Positions 23,329 through 35,091 of a DNA stretch of 64,000 nucleotides are shown here, in pieces. The notes beneath the pieces were generated by a model. It ran no database searches. It saw only the letters and a program-made list of their open reading frames with translations, and had not been told where the DNA came from. The position numbers and the translations under genes were made by a program. Position 1 is the stretch's first letter. Each line of letters begins with the position of its first letter. The DNA comes from an uncultured Nitrososphaeraceae archaeon (GTDB lineage: Archaea; Thermoproteota; Nitrososphaeria; Nitrososphaerales; Nitrososphaeraceae), in contig CAVSMN010000012.1 in NCBI GenBank assembly GCA_963729045.1, forward strand, positions 1 through 64,000, read 5' to 3'.

Positions 23329-23835
23329 TCATGAGGGCGGTGACTTTATTACATCGTGTTTGACTTTGATGACCATCAAGATATATGATGCCGTTATTGG
23401 AATCATGAGTAAATATGCTACAATAAGTACCGGATTGTCCCAGCCTCCAGAAAGCACAGTGTTTACAATATATCTTATAATTATAAAAGTAACCGGAACA
23501 ATAAGCGAAAAAAATGCAAGTATGTAGAGTCGCTTAGTAAAAAGCGAAAGTTTATGCTCTTGACCGATGTATAAACCAAATATTACAAAGGCCAGTCCAG
23601 TCATAAACACAATTATAGTTAGGTAAAGTGCAATTTGACTTCCCTGCCTTGTTTGTTCTAAGAGCTCGATGATTCTATCGAGCTTCTCTCCGGTCAGATT
23701 ATCTGTTTTAGATATTGCATCTTGACTATCAGATGGTTGAGCAAAAATCTCGCCAGTTAAAAAAAAAGATGGAACTAGTACTAATAATATTAGTGGAAAG
23801 CAATAGATAGATAAAATCAAAAACCTCTGCGCCAC
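23329..23835 (-). CDS. Membrane protein with signal peptide and 3 TM helices; paralog of 3086-3603
   Basis: Signal peptide ending IFAQ, short coiled coil, three hydrophobic helices. Confidence 0.75.
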   Translation of the reverse strand: MAQRFLILSIYCFPLILLVLVPSFFLTGEIFAQPSDSQDAISKTDNLTGEKLDRIIELLEQTRQGSQIALYLTIIVFMTGLAFVIFGLYIGQEHKLSLFTKRLYILAFFSLIVPVTFIIIRYIVNTVLSGGWDNPVLIVAYLLMIPITASYILMVIKVKHDVIKSPPS

Positions 23836-24095
23836 AAAAACATTTGTAACTAGTCTTTATTAAGTAGGATCTCATTTTTGAAATATAATTATTGGGCAGT
23901 CAGTTCATTATCAAGTCATAACGGAATCTCCATTATTTTGATTCAAAAATACTTACAATTTATATACATATAAACAAAAAATAAATTTACTCAATCTTAG
24001 AAGAATCACGAATAAAGCAAGATCTTCCTATTGTATATGTATCACACTCACTAAATTATGTTGAATAAATCTGTCTTGCTTTACAAAAAAATTGA

Positions 24096-24533
24096 TTATT
24101 TTGAGGTTTCAGGCACTACTGCCTCAACCAGACCAATCTTCATTGCAGGTGTAAGCGCATCAAATACTGTCCATGCTTCTTTGATTTTTCCAGATCCAGA
24201 CTCAAAATGAAAAATCTCCATTCCATAAGTGTCAAACTTCTCATGGCTAGGTGGAATACCCATAAATTCTCCTTCCTGTGTAGCTGTTACAATCCATCTT
24301 ATAACCACCTTGTTATCATCTGCGAATGAATCTTGGATTTTGAATTTTATATCTGGCCATGTCTGTCTAGTTTCCTTAATAGATTCTTTGAAATCGATCA
24401 CTCCAGTAACCAATTCTCCACCATGCCATACGATATCTTCACTAAATAAATCATCAATTTCATTCAATTCTCCTTTATTGCACACATTTTCTATAAATCT
24501 CGTTACGGCATTCAAATTTTCGGTTTCAGACAT
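24096..24533 (-). CDS. SnoaL-like ester cyclase (NTF2-like) protein
   Basis: WPDIKFKIQDSFADDNKVVIRW...TQEGEFMGIPPS...GKIKEAW. Confidence 0.88.
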   Translation of the reverse strand: MSETENLNAVTRFIENVCNKGELNEIDDLFSEDIVWHGGELVTGVIDFKESIKETRQTWPDIKFKIQDSFADDNKVVIRWIVTATQEGEFMGIPPSHEKFDTYGMEIFHFESGSGKIKEAWTVFDALTPAMKIGLVEAVVPETSK

Positions 24534-24757
24534 ATTGTTGTTTTAATATATGTTGCATTTAAGGTTTCTGATTAGCAGTAATCATAGTAACCATCTTAAA
24601 AAAATTGGAAAATAGATATCCTAAAAATGCTTGCAGTTTTCAACTGGATATCAAAATTTTTCTATCCTTCTTTTCATTGCTTAGACGCCTTTTATTCAAT
24701 AATCTAGTAAAGTGATTTTGTTAGCGTCAAATATAGCTTGCCATGGCATTGCCACGA

Positions 24758-26249
24758 CTAGCATATTTTTAATCTCTTTTGTAGCTCCACAAACATCACC
24801 CATCTGACATGGTCTAATCTAGCTTTGGAAATTGTCAGTTTTAGCCGTTCAAATTCCCTAATTGCGTCGTCATAACCCCGTTGAAGCAATAGGTTTATTG
24901 TCTTTTTTGAAAAATCAAATATCTTATTTGAAATAGTGTGTTCATCATTCTCGCGGTTTACCCTAATTAGTTCATCTATTTGAAATCTTCCGGCAAGCAG
25001 ATCTGAATACCTTTGAATTCTTGGAAAAAAACTAGGATTGGCTGTCTTTTCGTCTAAAAGTTGATCAATAATTTCTTTCTTAACCCCGTTTTCTGTTGAT
25101 ACTTTGATTAACTTCCTTACTAAATTCACATAATCTGAGACTATTAATAACATGCTTTCTTCTATAGAACTCCGATCCGAGAATGTAATGTCATTATTTC
25201 TGTTGATGGCTCCGTCCCTATCCACTGGAATTTCATCTTGTCTTGTTGGATGGAGATTAACAATGCAAATCCCTAATCTTGGTACATTTTCTTTCAGGCC
25301 TTTGGTCTTGTACCAATACCATCTGTGTTGTAATACTAATTGCATTAATGGTGTATTGGTCATAAGACCTCCGTCCCAAAAATAGCGTATTTCCTTTTTT
25401 GGTACATTTTCAGTCGTTGAAGAAGTTGTATCCGTATAATTGTTTTCAACAAGAATTTTACGATAATCAAAGTTTACCGGAAAGGAACCACTTGCAATGA
25501 CGTGATCCGCAGTGATTCCCTCATCATATCTTATAGTATACTTAAAAAGAGGATCTTTTTCGTCTTTCTTTAGAAATTGTCCATACTCGGATTTTCGTGA
25601 ACCGTCCTCTGTTGCATGACTATCAAAGGTTACCGGGATACCTTCAGCAACATCGACCGCAACAAGCAATAGCCTAGGTTGATCTGCTTCTTCAGTCGTA
25701 GCTATAGGAAATTTCACAAATCGCTCCAGACTCTTTTTTAAAGGTTCATTACTATATCTATACCAAATGTTATCTGGATCATGGAATTTCTGATCATAGG
25801 TAGGGTTATGAGGAAAAAAAGCATTAGGTACTCCATAAAAGGCAAATTCCTTAGCTGAGTAATATCTCCGGGCAGCCTCGGGAGTTGCATTTTTTTTATT
25901 GAACTTATGCAAAAAATCCCAGTACATTTCAAAGAAAGGATTGTTATCTACCTTTGATTCTTTAGAAAGATAATGCCAAAAGTCAATGAGTCGTTCGGCA
26001 GATCCTTCGTATGTCTGATTTTCTATAACATAACTTACTAATACTGCAGAATTTATGGCACCAATTGATGTCCCAGCAACAATGTCAAAAGTCGATTTTG
26101 TTCTCTTTGAAATGATCTTTATCCCATTTGACAAGGAATTCATATATTCCCTTGTATGCCCCAGCTTCATAGGCACCCAATGAACCTCCTCCTTGCAGGA
26201 CCAATGCTCTCTCTTTTGTTGGAATAGTATAATTCTTATTATTACTCAT
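24758..26249 (-). CDS. Patatin-like phospholipase/esterase 2 (frameshift near 26095)
   Basis: True start ATG 26249 (MSNNKNYTIPTKERALVLQGGGSLGAYEAG); GTSIG and FWDGG in ORF 24758-26176; paralog of 8213-9700. Confidence 0.9.
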
Positions 26250-26770
26250 ATAACCTAATTTGAATATGGTATCCTTTGGAATAAACTTTTAGAGAATCTA
26301 GTTCATTTCAAATTCTGTGTGCCAGTCGATACCATTGGACAGCCCAATATAATTTATTTATCATTATGACAAATGAAGCAATGAAAAAAATTGTACAAAG
26401 CTTACAATTACATCAGAGGATATTAATAACAAAAAAGAAGTGAGTAGACAGTTTAAACAAATCATAAATAATAACAATTCTATCTATACTAATGTCCATA
26501 CACTATTTGCGGCAATGGTATAACTTGTCTAGTTTCTAAATGAGTAATAGTTGCCAGAAAATATAATCAGGGATCAAGACCACTGAATTTCACAAAAAAA
26601 ACATTTAGGTTTAATATATCTAGCGGATTGGTAAATGCCAAATTACTCCAGAATTAAGACTGAAATGGTCATTTGACATAAGAAAAAATGTTGTTAAGAA
26701 CTCTATTCAAATCTTGAGTAGCGAAAAAAAGGATTCTCGACTTTACTAGTCGTTTAAGAAAATGGTGCGA

Positions 26771-29122
26771 TTATTCAAAATTAAATGTGGTAAAGTTGAC
26801 ATCATAAGCCATGTCTCTTATCCTTTTTGGCAAATTTTCCATCTTCAGTTCATTAATTTTTCCCTTTGCAATTATCAGGTAATTGTACTGACGGTCCTTT
26901 GAGGGTTGCCAATACAAAAGCTGATTATCTTTTTCCCATTTTATCTCGTTACTAGCGGTGGCCCAGACCGTGAACTCGGGGGAATAATGAGTATCAAATG
27001 GTACAAAAATGACAGTTGGTTTTTCGGAAACAACTTTCCCTGCTAGAACAATGGCCGCATATTTTGAATCAACGTCAAAAAATAAAGCGTATGGCTTTGC
27101 TGAACTCCTCATTGGGTATGGACGTGTCACTACGTCCATATTCCGTGGTCTTCTTTCTGGTCCAAGCAGCGAGTAATTTTCTAGGTTCCAATTATCTTTC
27201 AACTCTTCGGTATTATACAGATCATAATTCCAAATGGTTGAATTTAGCAGGAGCGCATCTATTTGATCATATTGTAGGTTCAGATACTCTCTGACTTGTT
27301 CTCCTTCTTGAAACGCTCCAAATTCTGTTAGAAAAGGAACAAATCTTCTTTCGATAGCAGCACTGTGTAGCTGTCTAAACATTTCAGGAAATTGTTTCTT
27401 ATACGTGTATATACTTTCAGGAATCTTTACAAAAGAGCTAGCAACAGCCATCGGATCATAAAAATGAAACGACAAGACACCGTTAGAATCGAAATTAGAA
27501 ATCGATGATGGATCTTTGGGAAGATATGTAACCAATTTCATTTCTACTGTTTTCTTATCGGCCATCACTTTTTTTATAAAATTCATGTTAAATGATTGTT
27601 TAATCTCAAGTGGTGCTGCCCCATAGGCCATAGGCGATCCTTCCGCAGGGAAAGTCCAGTCTACCCGAGGTTCAATAAATATAAAGAGATTCTGGTCAAC
27701 TTTTCCGATGTTAGAATTTACATCTCGATAAAAGTCCATAAGATACTTTTGCTCAAATTCTTCTTTTGGTATCAGCCCTGGATGAGGTTCATTAAAAGGT
27801 TCGACTCCCAATATAGCGGGGTGAGTATTTCCGTTGTTTAACCACTGTAGATGCTTTACAGTTAGTTCAATTATCTTTTCTAGGTGCGTACGTACTGGAT
27901 AATGTATTAAACCTTCATCTGCATTTGTCAAGTCATTTTCCCAAAAGGATTTGAAAGTATGTTTCAGAGATTTGTTTGTCATGTATTTAATTTGCCATTT
28001 CTTGTCAGGACGTGGTGGAGACTGAGTCGGGGTTGGTTTTGGATGTTCTTCATCTACAGCTATAGTCCAGTCAGGAAACCCATCTCCTCCATATATCTCG
28101 TTTGCAATGTCTTGGTGAAAATCCAGTATAACGTAGATATTTCTTTTATAGAGCTCTTTTATTATTCTGTTTAAAAATGACAGATATTCTTTACCTTCTT
28201 CGGAGAGGTCATTTAGGTCTGGATTTGGCTTGGATTCTAATGCTTTCCACGATACAAGAAGACGTGCAACATTAAAACCACTAGTCTTGAGAAGGTCCAG
28301 TCCAGGCTTGACCGATTGAATTTCATTATCTAAATCTAGCTTTGATAATTCCTTTACTTCAAGCGGCGAGATGGGAAGGTATGGTGGCAGTTTACTCCGA
28401 CCTCCAAAATTTACTCCTCGAAATATGGTGTACCTTCCATGCTCATCTCTAAACCATGAGCCATCTTTCCAAAATGTTTTGATGTTCTTTGGCAAAGGCA
28501 TGACATTATCATTCTCGCTTGCCTCTTTTGTAAGTAAATTGTTGGAATCTATCGGGGAGGTAGATGTCTGTTTCCTTGCTCTAATTCCAGCCAAAATAAC
28601 TTGTATACCACTTACAGCCAGTGCTATTGAAGTCATTATGAGAAGAAGTGCTAGTCCAAATTTTTCAGAAACGAGTACCAAAATAGATAATGAAGTTATT
28701 AATATTCCCAAAAGCATGGTTTCATAATCATATGGCTCTCCTTTTTTCTTCTTTAGACTTTTTACTATCCTTATGACTCCATTGGCAAGTAAACCAAACC
28801 CTAGAAATATTATTAGCCATTTAGTTGCAAAGTCTGGAAAGAAGAAACCTGAGCCAATGTAGATAATCAATCCAAGACCAACACCTATATTGATTAACCT
28901 GGAGGTTTTTTTGACACCTTTGGCTGTCAATCCACTTATGAGCCTTTCTGCCCCAAGTAAAATTAGGCCTATTCCGGCCAAGAATAGCCAAATATATGCG
29001 CCCGCTACGGTGGTGGTTCCGTAAAACACCACTACTCCTGAAAGGATCAAGCAGATGGTCCCTACAATAATCTGGAAAATCCAAAAAAATGAATGTCTTA
29101 AGTGGGGTGTTGGTCGATTCAT
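26771..29122 (-). CDS. DUF308/HdeD-like membrane domain fused to a GH5 glycoside hydrolase (endoglycoceramidase-like)
   Basis: About six N-terminal TMs, then FRDEHGR...FRGVN, LDFHQD, GGDGFPDW, PFNEP (acid/base), FHFY, TEFG (nucleophile), WNY, RPYP. Confidence 0.85.
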   Translation of the reverse strand: MNRPTPHLRHSFFWIFQIIVGTICLILSGVVVFYGTTTVAGAYIWLFLAGIGLILLGAERLISGLTAKGVKKTSRLINIGVGLGLIIYIGSGFFFPDFATKWLIIFLGFGLLANGVIRIVKSLKKKKGEPYDYETMLLGILITSLSILVLVSEKFGLALLLIMTSIALAVSGIQVILAGIRARKQTSTSPIDSNNLLTKEASENDNVMPLPKNIKTFWKDGSWFRDEHGRYTIFRGVNFGGRSKLPPYLPISPLEVKELSKLDLDNEIQSVKPGLDLLKTSGFNVARLLVSWKALESKPNPDLNDLSEEGKEYLSFLNRIIKELYKRNIYVILDFHQDIANEIYGGDGFPDWTIAVDEEHPKPTPTQSPPRPDKKWQIKYMTNKSLKHTFKSFWENDLTNADEGLIHYPVRTHLEKIIELTVKHLQWLNNGNTHPAILGVEPFNEPHPGLIPKEEFEQKYLMDFYRDVNSNIGKVDQNLFIFIEPRVDWTFPAEGSPMAYGAAPLEIKQSFNMNFIKKVMADKKTVEMKLVTYLPKDPSSISNFDSNGVLSFHFYDPMAVASSFVKIPESIYTYKKQFPEMFRQLHSAAIERRFVPFLTEFGAFQEGEQVREYLNLQYDQIDALLLNSTIWNYDLYNTEELKDNWNLENYSLLGPERRPRNMDVVTRPYPMRSSAKPYALFFDVDSKYAAIVLAGKVVSEKPTVIFVPFDTHYSPEFTVWATASNEIKWEKDNQLLYWQPSKDRQYNYLIIAKGKINELKMENLPKRIRDMAYDVNFTTFNFE

Positions 29123-30190
29123 TTAGAAGGGGAGTACAATGTATCATAAATAGTTTTAGACCTATCATGGATCTGATCAAAGTCGGTACAATAAATGACA
29201 GGTATCTTATTTTTTGTATACCATCAAAAGAAACAGAATGAGCTCAACATAGAGTTTGGTTTGTATCATGCTTGAGCCTTTGTCTCATAGTAGCAGATTC
29301 AAGACATGTATCCCAATGATGCGAAAGGTCACATTTAAAGCAGGCAGATGTTTAATGTTACGGATTCAAGAATATGATGATAAAGAAAATTTTTCTAGTC
29401 CATTAATGAAAAATCTCCTAACCGTAGAGGTCTAATATTTAAGTCCATTGAATTGTAATCGTCCAAAGCTGAAATTCCAGAGTCCGTTAGTTTAGTCACT
29501 TTCAAATCTCAGCATGAATTATCTTACCACTTGATAATAGCTAGAGGGATATCGTTTTTCCCCTCTTTCTGCTTCTATTTTATCCCAATTATTAGATCGA
29601 TATTTTGCATTCTGATAATTTCAAACATCATATAATGCATCTTAAGCATTGAAAAAATCCATTTTCCTCCAAATAACATTATATTGATTATTAATTTTGA
29701 TTATTCTACCTAAGTTCCTAAAATATTTTCCTTCTTAACTTTTATAAGATATTGAAAATGCCTATTCTAAAAAGGACGCTCTAATATGCAAGGCAGAATA
29801 ATCAAAATATCCTACCTATATCTACAAATAATTTTGACTGATTGAAAGATGATAAATGGTAAAATCACTCCAAGAAACAAGGGATAGTATCAAATACTAT
29901 ACTCAATATACTTTTGGCCAACAGAGAGACAAGTTGATCTTTCATAGGCATATTACTATACTTCTCTACTGAAAGTTTTTGACAAATCCAGGGTTTACAA
30001 TTTTTGATGTATACTAAAGTTTATTATTTATAAAACTTTATATTTCAATCAAGCTATTACTATCAAATAGTATTATGAAGTATTTGAATCCATATGCATT
30101 AAATGCATATCATATCCAACAATGCTGTATTTCCATGTTAAACATTCCACAGTCTAGTTCTAACCTTGACTCTGTAAGGGGGATTTCCAT

Positions 30191-30745
30191 TTGAGTATTG
30201 ATAGATCACCAGGTTGGATACGTATGGCCCAGATCGGTTTGGGCGCAGTTATCTTAGTCCTGTCTATACTGGTATTGATCAATCCAGTTATGGGGAGTGT
30301 TTCGGTAATCTTTATCCTCGCACTTCTATTGTTCTTTGCCGGAATCGAGAAAGTCGTCTCTGGTATTATTGGAAGGGGAAGAGCTCGCTTAGCCAGTATT
30401 GGGTTAGGAATTATCGTAATCGTCATTTCCCTGTTAGCAATGACATATCCACAAGGAGCAACTGCTATCATAGTAATATTGCTTGGTATCGCATTGCTAG
30501 TTGATGGTATATCAAGAATAATTCACTCATTCCAGAACAAAAAAGAAACAGGCAAGTCAAATATATTTGGCATTGGGGTGGGTGTTTTAGAAATAATCTT
30601 TGCAATTGCAGTAATTGTTTACCCCAATATTGGGATTGCCCTGGCAGGAATTTTGATAGGCATAGCTCTACTCATTACAAGCATACAAATAATCGCAGCA
30701 GGACTTACTGGTCACTCCAGAAGGAAAGATACATTGACAAAGTAG
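30191..30745 (+). CDS. DUF308/HdeD family membrane protein
   Basis: Three repeats of a two-helix unit (QIGLGAVILVLSILVLINP / SIGLGIIVIVISLLAMTYP / GIGVGVLEIIFAIAVIVYP). Confidence 0.8.
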   Translation: MSIDRSPGWIRMAQIGLGAVILVLSILVLINPVMGSVSVIFILALLLFFAGIEKVVSGIIGRGRARLASIGLGIIVIVISLLAMTYPQGATAIIVILLGIALLVDGISRIIHSFQNKKETGKSNIFGIGVGVLEIIFAIAVIVYPNIGIALAGILIGIALLITSIQIIAAGLTGHSRRKDTLTK

Positions 30746-31513
30746 CACCTATATTTTTATCAGAAATTTATTTTTTTTTTCAAATTTAATACCCAATTTA
30801 AGAATCTAGCTATTGATGAAATACAATATTCACTTTTTCAAAAATGCATTAAAGGCTTTTGATTAAAATATAGTCAAAATTAATCTTACTTGTTTTCTTA
30901 TTCGCACTTAAGATATTTCATTTCCATTGATGTGTAAGAGCTAGGCAAGGGAAATTAGTTCTTATGGTGATCCGGGGTGATACTGGTGTATTTGGATGTG
31001 AAAATGAATAGGTTATAATCCTAACAATATTTGCAGTGAGATCATTTGACAAATTGCTAAATTTGATCACACTGTTTCCTGATTCCTAGAATGAAGTGTT
31101 TTTTTAGAAAATCAAGCACCTTTATTGTCGACTGGTAATGGGTTGGACTAACTGAGTGAACAATTAAGAGATCTAGATGGTATTAGCATGGATAAGCCAG
31201 TGTGCATTTGCGGTGGGGATTTCATCCCCAAATTTAAGAACATATTTACCGATTGCTAATTTAAAATCAAAGTAGATATTATGATTTTGCAAGAATAGGA
31301 GTATCAGACTGAATATGGTAAAGTATCTCAGTAGAGGGAGAGAGACGTTAATTGTACTTGTATTGAAAAAGTCTATGTTTTCTTAATTAACGAGATCGAC
31401 TTTATTTTTACAAGTAAACGATTTTCAATTATACAACTGGTATTATATGGGATTTCCAAGGCTAAGATACTAAGATCGGTAATATCTTTTTAAGGCCGCT
31501 TTTGTAAGAACGA

Positions 31514-31876
31514 GTGTTGAGTGAGAGCAGCGTAGCAGAGTTTGTAGTGCATCTTATGGAATATCTTATTATTGCTCTGGAAGGGATTATTGCGATATTT
31601 ATTATAGTGGTTGTTTTCCGAACTCTATATGATATTATCAGAAAATATTTGGTAGGATTAGTAAAGAAGGATCCAGAGCAGCAACTACATAACTATCAAA
31701 TAGTAAGACGCATGTTAAGGGGGCTACTTTATTCACTAGATTTTTTAATAGCTGTAGATATTTTAAAAACTCTAATAATTCCCTCACCTGACCAACTTTT
31801 GTCCTTTATAGTTGTAGTAGTGATTAGAATACTGCTCAGTTGGGCAATGGCAAAAGAATTAGAAAAAAGTATCTAG
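31514..31876 (+). CDS. DUF1622 family membrane protein
   Basis: RGLLYSLDFLIAVDILKT...IRILLSWAMAKE pattern. Confidence 0.8.
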   Translation: MLSESSVAEFVVHLMEYLIIALEGIIAIFIIVVVFRTLYDIIRKYLVGLVKKDPEQQLHNYQIVRRMLRGLLYSLDFLIAVDILKTLIIPSPDQLLSFIVVVVIRILLSWAMAKELEKSI

Positions 31877-32312
31877 TAAAACACATTTTGGTTTGTTAGG
31901 TTTCATACTTTATCTCTTTTATTATGAAAGTCACTTGCAAGGATTATGAAAAGGTTCAAATTGCAACCGGTCAGACTTGATTAAATAACTTGCAAATTGA
32001 ATATTTGTTGATTTATCTTACGATAATAATTTTTCATAAATATTTTAAGTTGAATTATTTTCGATTGAGAATCAAACGTGAATACAAATAAAGATTGTCA
32101 TTGAATATTTCATATTTAAAATTGAGAACCTATTCGAAGACAACCAAATTTACTGAAAAATTCATGTATAATTTTTTTCAGAGTATCTAACACAGGATAA
32201 CTGCAATATTAATAGATATGAAATAAAAAAAAGAAACTGATTTTTTGCTACAAGACTAGCAAAGATCAATCTTGACTATTGTAGGCTATGTTCGTATGAG
32301 GATCCAAATCCT

Positions 32313-32636
32313 CTATAACTGTGATAACAATTGCATCTTCATTTTTGAAAACTCTTCGTCAGTCAACAAACCTTTTTGATGAAGATCTCCAAGTTTTTGA
32401 ATCTTTTCGGTCACGTCCACTTGGGAACTGGATGATTGTACATTTTGAGACTGTTGTGCTTGTTGTGCTCTCAATCTCTCGATTTCTTGTTGTTGTGCTT
32501 GTGCTTGTTGTTGTGCTAGCTGTTGTTGTTGTTGCATTGCTTGATCTGCTTGATGTTGTTGTTGTTGCATTGCGGCGTTACTTCTACTATTAGCTGCAGC
32601 TCTTCCGACTGCAAATGCTGCCCATCTTCCTCTCAT
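32313..32636 (-). CDS. Gln-rich protein with C-terminal SHOCT domain
   Basis: Likely start MRGRWAAFAVG at 32636; poly-Q linker; IQKLGDLHQKGLLTDEEFSKMKMQLL. Confidence 0.8.
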   Translation of the reverse strand: MRGRWAAFAVGRAAANSRSNAAMQQQQHQADQAMQQQQQLAQQQAQAQQQEIERLRAQQAQQSQNVQSSSSQVDVTEKIQKLGDLHQKGLLTDEEFSKMKMQLLSQL

Positions 32637-32984
32637 GTCTGTAGTAGTGTGTCCGTAACTAAAATAGTTATCTGGATAGTTCAATTCCATTAAAATTTGG
32701 ATAATATTTTAAAAAATCTGAAGATGTCTATGAAGACTTTTTGAGTGAAATAATCCTTGATTAACATATGAAATTATTTGCTTATAGAGAATTTCTCGTT
32801 TCTTGAACATATCGTGAAGTGACAAGAGTATTAGTGAACGATGAGATGGTATAAGTTTTCCAGATGGAAACGAAATAAAAAGGAGAATTATGGGCTGTTG
32901 GGATGTATCACTGGTATTAGACGAATCCCATATCTCTATATACTAACAAATTTTTACCAGCTTGATTCTGATGTATTTATTGTT

Positions 32985-33413
32985 TCAGTGTTTTACTTCA
33001 TGTCTCCTATCGTGTACCCAAATCGAAATACCAATTATCATGGCTAGTATCCCATTAATCAAAAGTACTATACCTGCTACAATGGCAAAGAATAATATTC
33101 CTGCATCAATCATCAATTTTTGTTTAACTTTTTGTTTAGAAACATCTTCGGTATCATTAGATGTACTCAGGAAAACATTAACTCTATCAGTAATTTTGTC
33201 AGCTAATCTATCAGGAATTTTGGCTGAAGCATTAATTCTATCAGTAACTTTGTCAGCTAATTTATCAGTAACTTTGCCAGCTATATCTTTGGCTGATATA
33301 TCGGGAAAGTTCTCGATCATTAAAATAGCTTTGTAAGCCGATAATCCAAATATAATTATGCTTGTTACAAGAATAATTATACCTACTAACAATATTGTAT
33401 TGCCGCGTTGCAT
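32985..33413 (-). CDS. Two-TM membrane protein with internal repeat
   Basis: Two TM helices flank a loop containing DKLADKVTDRIN / DRLADKITDRVN. Confidence 0.65.
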   Translation of the reverse strand: MQRGNTILLVGIIILVTSIIIFGLSAYKAILMIENFPDISAKDIAGKVTDKLADKVTDRINASAKIPDRLADKITDRVNVFLSTSNDTEDVSKQKVKQKLMIDAGILFFAIVAGIVLLINGILAMIIGISIWVHDRRHEVKH

Positions 33414-33651
33414 TTACAATAGTTAGTATAAGATGTTAATAAACAATCAATATAAAATCTGAAATTTATTAATGTTGTAAGTTTAGGTTGAGGTTTTACA
33501 TAGTAACTAGACGGGTGAACTCTAAAAATAAAATAGGTCAAATTAGATAGTCAATCATTAAAAATACCAAAAAATGGGTTTGATTTCATTGCAACTTGCA
33601 ACATCCTTCCGTTCATGCAGGTCCTGAGGTTTTCTAAAGTGTAGTTAACAC

Positions 33652-33702
33652 TCAAGCCCTAAATCCGGCTTGATTTCGATGCTGGAATATATTCCAGCAT
33701 CG
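33652..33702. terminator. Two adjacent hairpins downstream of the 33725-34153 gene
   Basis: TCAAGCC-N8-GGCTTGA (33652-33673) and a perfect 26-bp palindrome CGATGCTGGAATATATTCCAGCATCG (33677-33702). Function is uncertain. Confidence 0.4.
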
Positions 33703-33724
33703 TCTATATCTGAACTTTTAAAAT

Positions 33725-34153
33725 TTACCTGGTTAAATTTTGCCTCAGTTCATTGAACTTTTGTACTAGCATAGGTAGGTCACCAGCATATTTTTCCTTC
33801 AGTCCTTCGGTTGTATTTGCAACGCCAGCTTGTTCAAGGGCTTGATTGTATGCATCTGATACTGCTGCAACAACTTTGGCTGCAATTATCTTTTGCAAGT
33901 GTTCGGAGATATCCAAGTTCTTAGCTACGGTTAAAGATGTTGCGTTAATACCATTTTGTCCAAGTATTTCTTTAAATTTTGCTATAATTTGATCCATTTT
34001 GTCAACAGGTTCTTGAACTGCAGTTGAGTTTACACCTTGGGCTAATACTTTATTAACATATAATCCGTCACTATTCAATAGAACCATTGAAACTGCAAAA
34101 ACAAGTATACCAAGAGCAATTCCGATTCCTTCTTTTTTATAAATGATTTTCAT
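33725..34153 (-). CDS. Secreted helical hypothetical protein
   Basis: Signal peptide ending VLAQ; several N-x-S/T sequons. Confidence 0.7.
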   Translation of the reverse strand: MKIIYKKEGIGIALGILVFAVSMVLLNSDGLYVNKVLAQGVNSTAVQEPVDKMDQIIAKFKEILGQNGINATSLTVAKNLDISEHLQKIIAAKVVAAVSDAYNQALEQAGVANTTEGLKEKYAGDLPMLVQKFNELRQNLTR

Positions 34154-34410
34154 GATTTGACTTATAGAAACAAGTATAAAGGTTTAATTCCTTTTCCAAC
34201 AAAATAATTAATCAATATTATTATTTTGAATATATTTACAGACTCGACATGTCAGTTACAATGAGTATCGAGATTGAATCCAGAAATGTATAATCTATCA
34301 AGAATTATTACTTTCGATGGTAAATTGTCTATCTATATCAAGCGAAACTAATATACAAAAACTCAAATATTCTTCTATCTTTATATATTAGATCTATTTA
34401 ATAAAGCGTA

Positions 34411-34848
34411 ATGTTATCTCTAAAAATATCTATCGTTTTTACATCATTGATTGTGTTATTAGGCTCGGTATTTGTCTCTAATGCGTACAGTCAGGTCACT
34501 GACTCAAGTGGCATAATTGTTGGGCGCGAGGGAAGTGTCTTTGGACTAGTTGATATTGATTCTGATGGTCACAAGTTAAACATTGCTGGGGTTGTAAATT
34601 ATATTCCACCAACAGACAAAGTATTTGAGGTTTGGCTATATGATGGAAACTACCGTGCATCTGGATATCCATTAAGTGTAGGGATGGTTAAGGCTGATGG
34701 ATCTTTTAGTATGGAATCAACCCAGGTTTCTGCATACACATACAGCGATATGTTTGTGACCTTGGAACCAAAAGATGATAAGGATCCAAAACCAGCATAT
34801 TCCAACCAGGTAGGTATTTACGTCTTGCCTGCACCATTTGGACAATAA
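34411..34848 (+). CDS. Secreted protein with RskA C-terminal-like domain
   Basis: Signal peptide; VFEVWL...PLSVG...FVTLEP...P pattern typical of the anti-sigma-K RskA extracytoplasmic domain. Confidence 0.65.
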   Translation: MLSLKISIVFTSLIVLLGSVFVSNAYSQVTDSSGIIVGREGSVFGLVDIDSDGHKLNIAGVVNYIPPTDKVFEVWLYDGNYRASGYPLSVGMVKADGSFSMESTQVSAYTYSDMFVTLEPKDDKDPKPAYSNQVGIYVLPAPFGQ

Positions 34849-35059
34849 TTCCTTTCTAATTTTTTATTTTTTTGATTAGACAATTTCTTTCGATTTATTA
34901 CGTTTAATGTACTCTTTTAGAATTCTAGTAATCACAGCTTGCCTTAGAGCAAATGGTTAATAATAAAAAATCTTCTTGACTGGAAATACTGCCAAAAACA
35001 AAACTGTAAAAATATTCTTACATAACTTATGATAAAAAACGGAGTAACTTTTTATTCAT

Positions 35060-35081
35060 ATTTTTTCGACGTCGAAAAAAT
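35060..35081. promoter_or_regulatory. Perfect 22-bp palindrome, parS-like or terminator
   Basis: ATTTTTTCGACGTCGAAAAAAT, 10 bp beyond the parB stop codon. Confidence 0.45.
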
Positions 35082-35091
35082 TTAGTCATTT

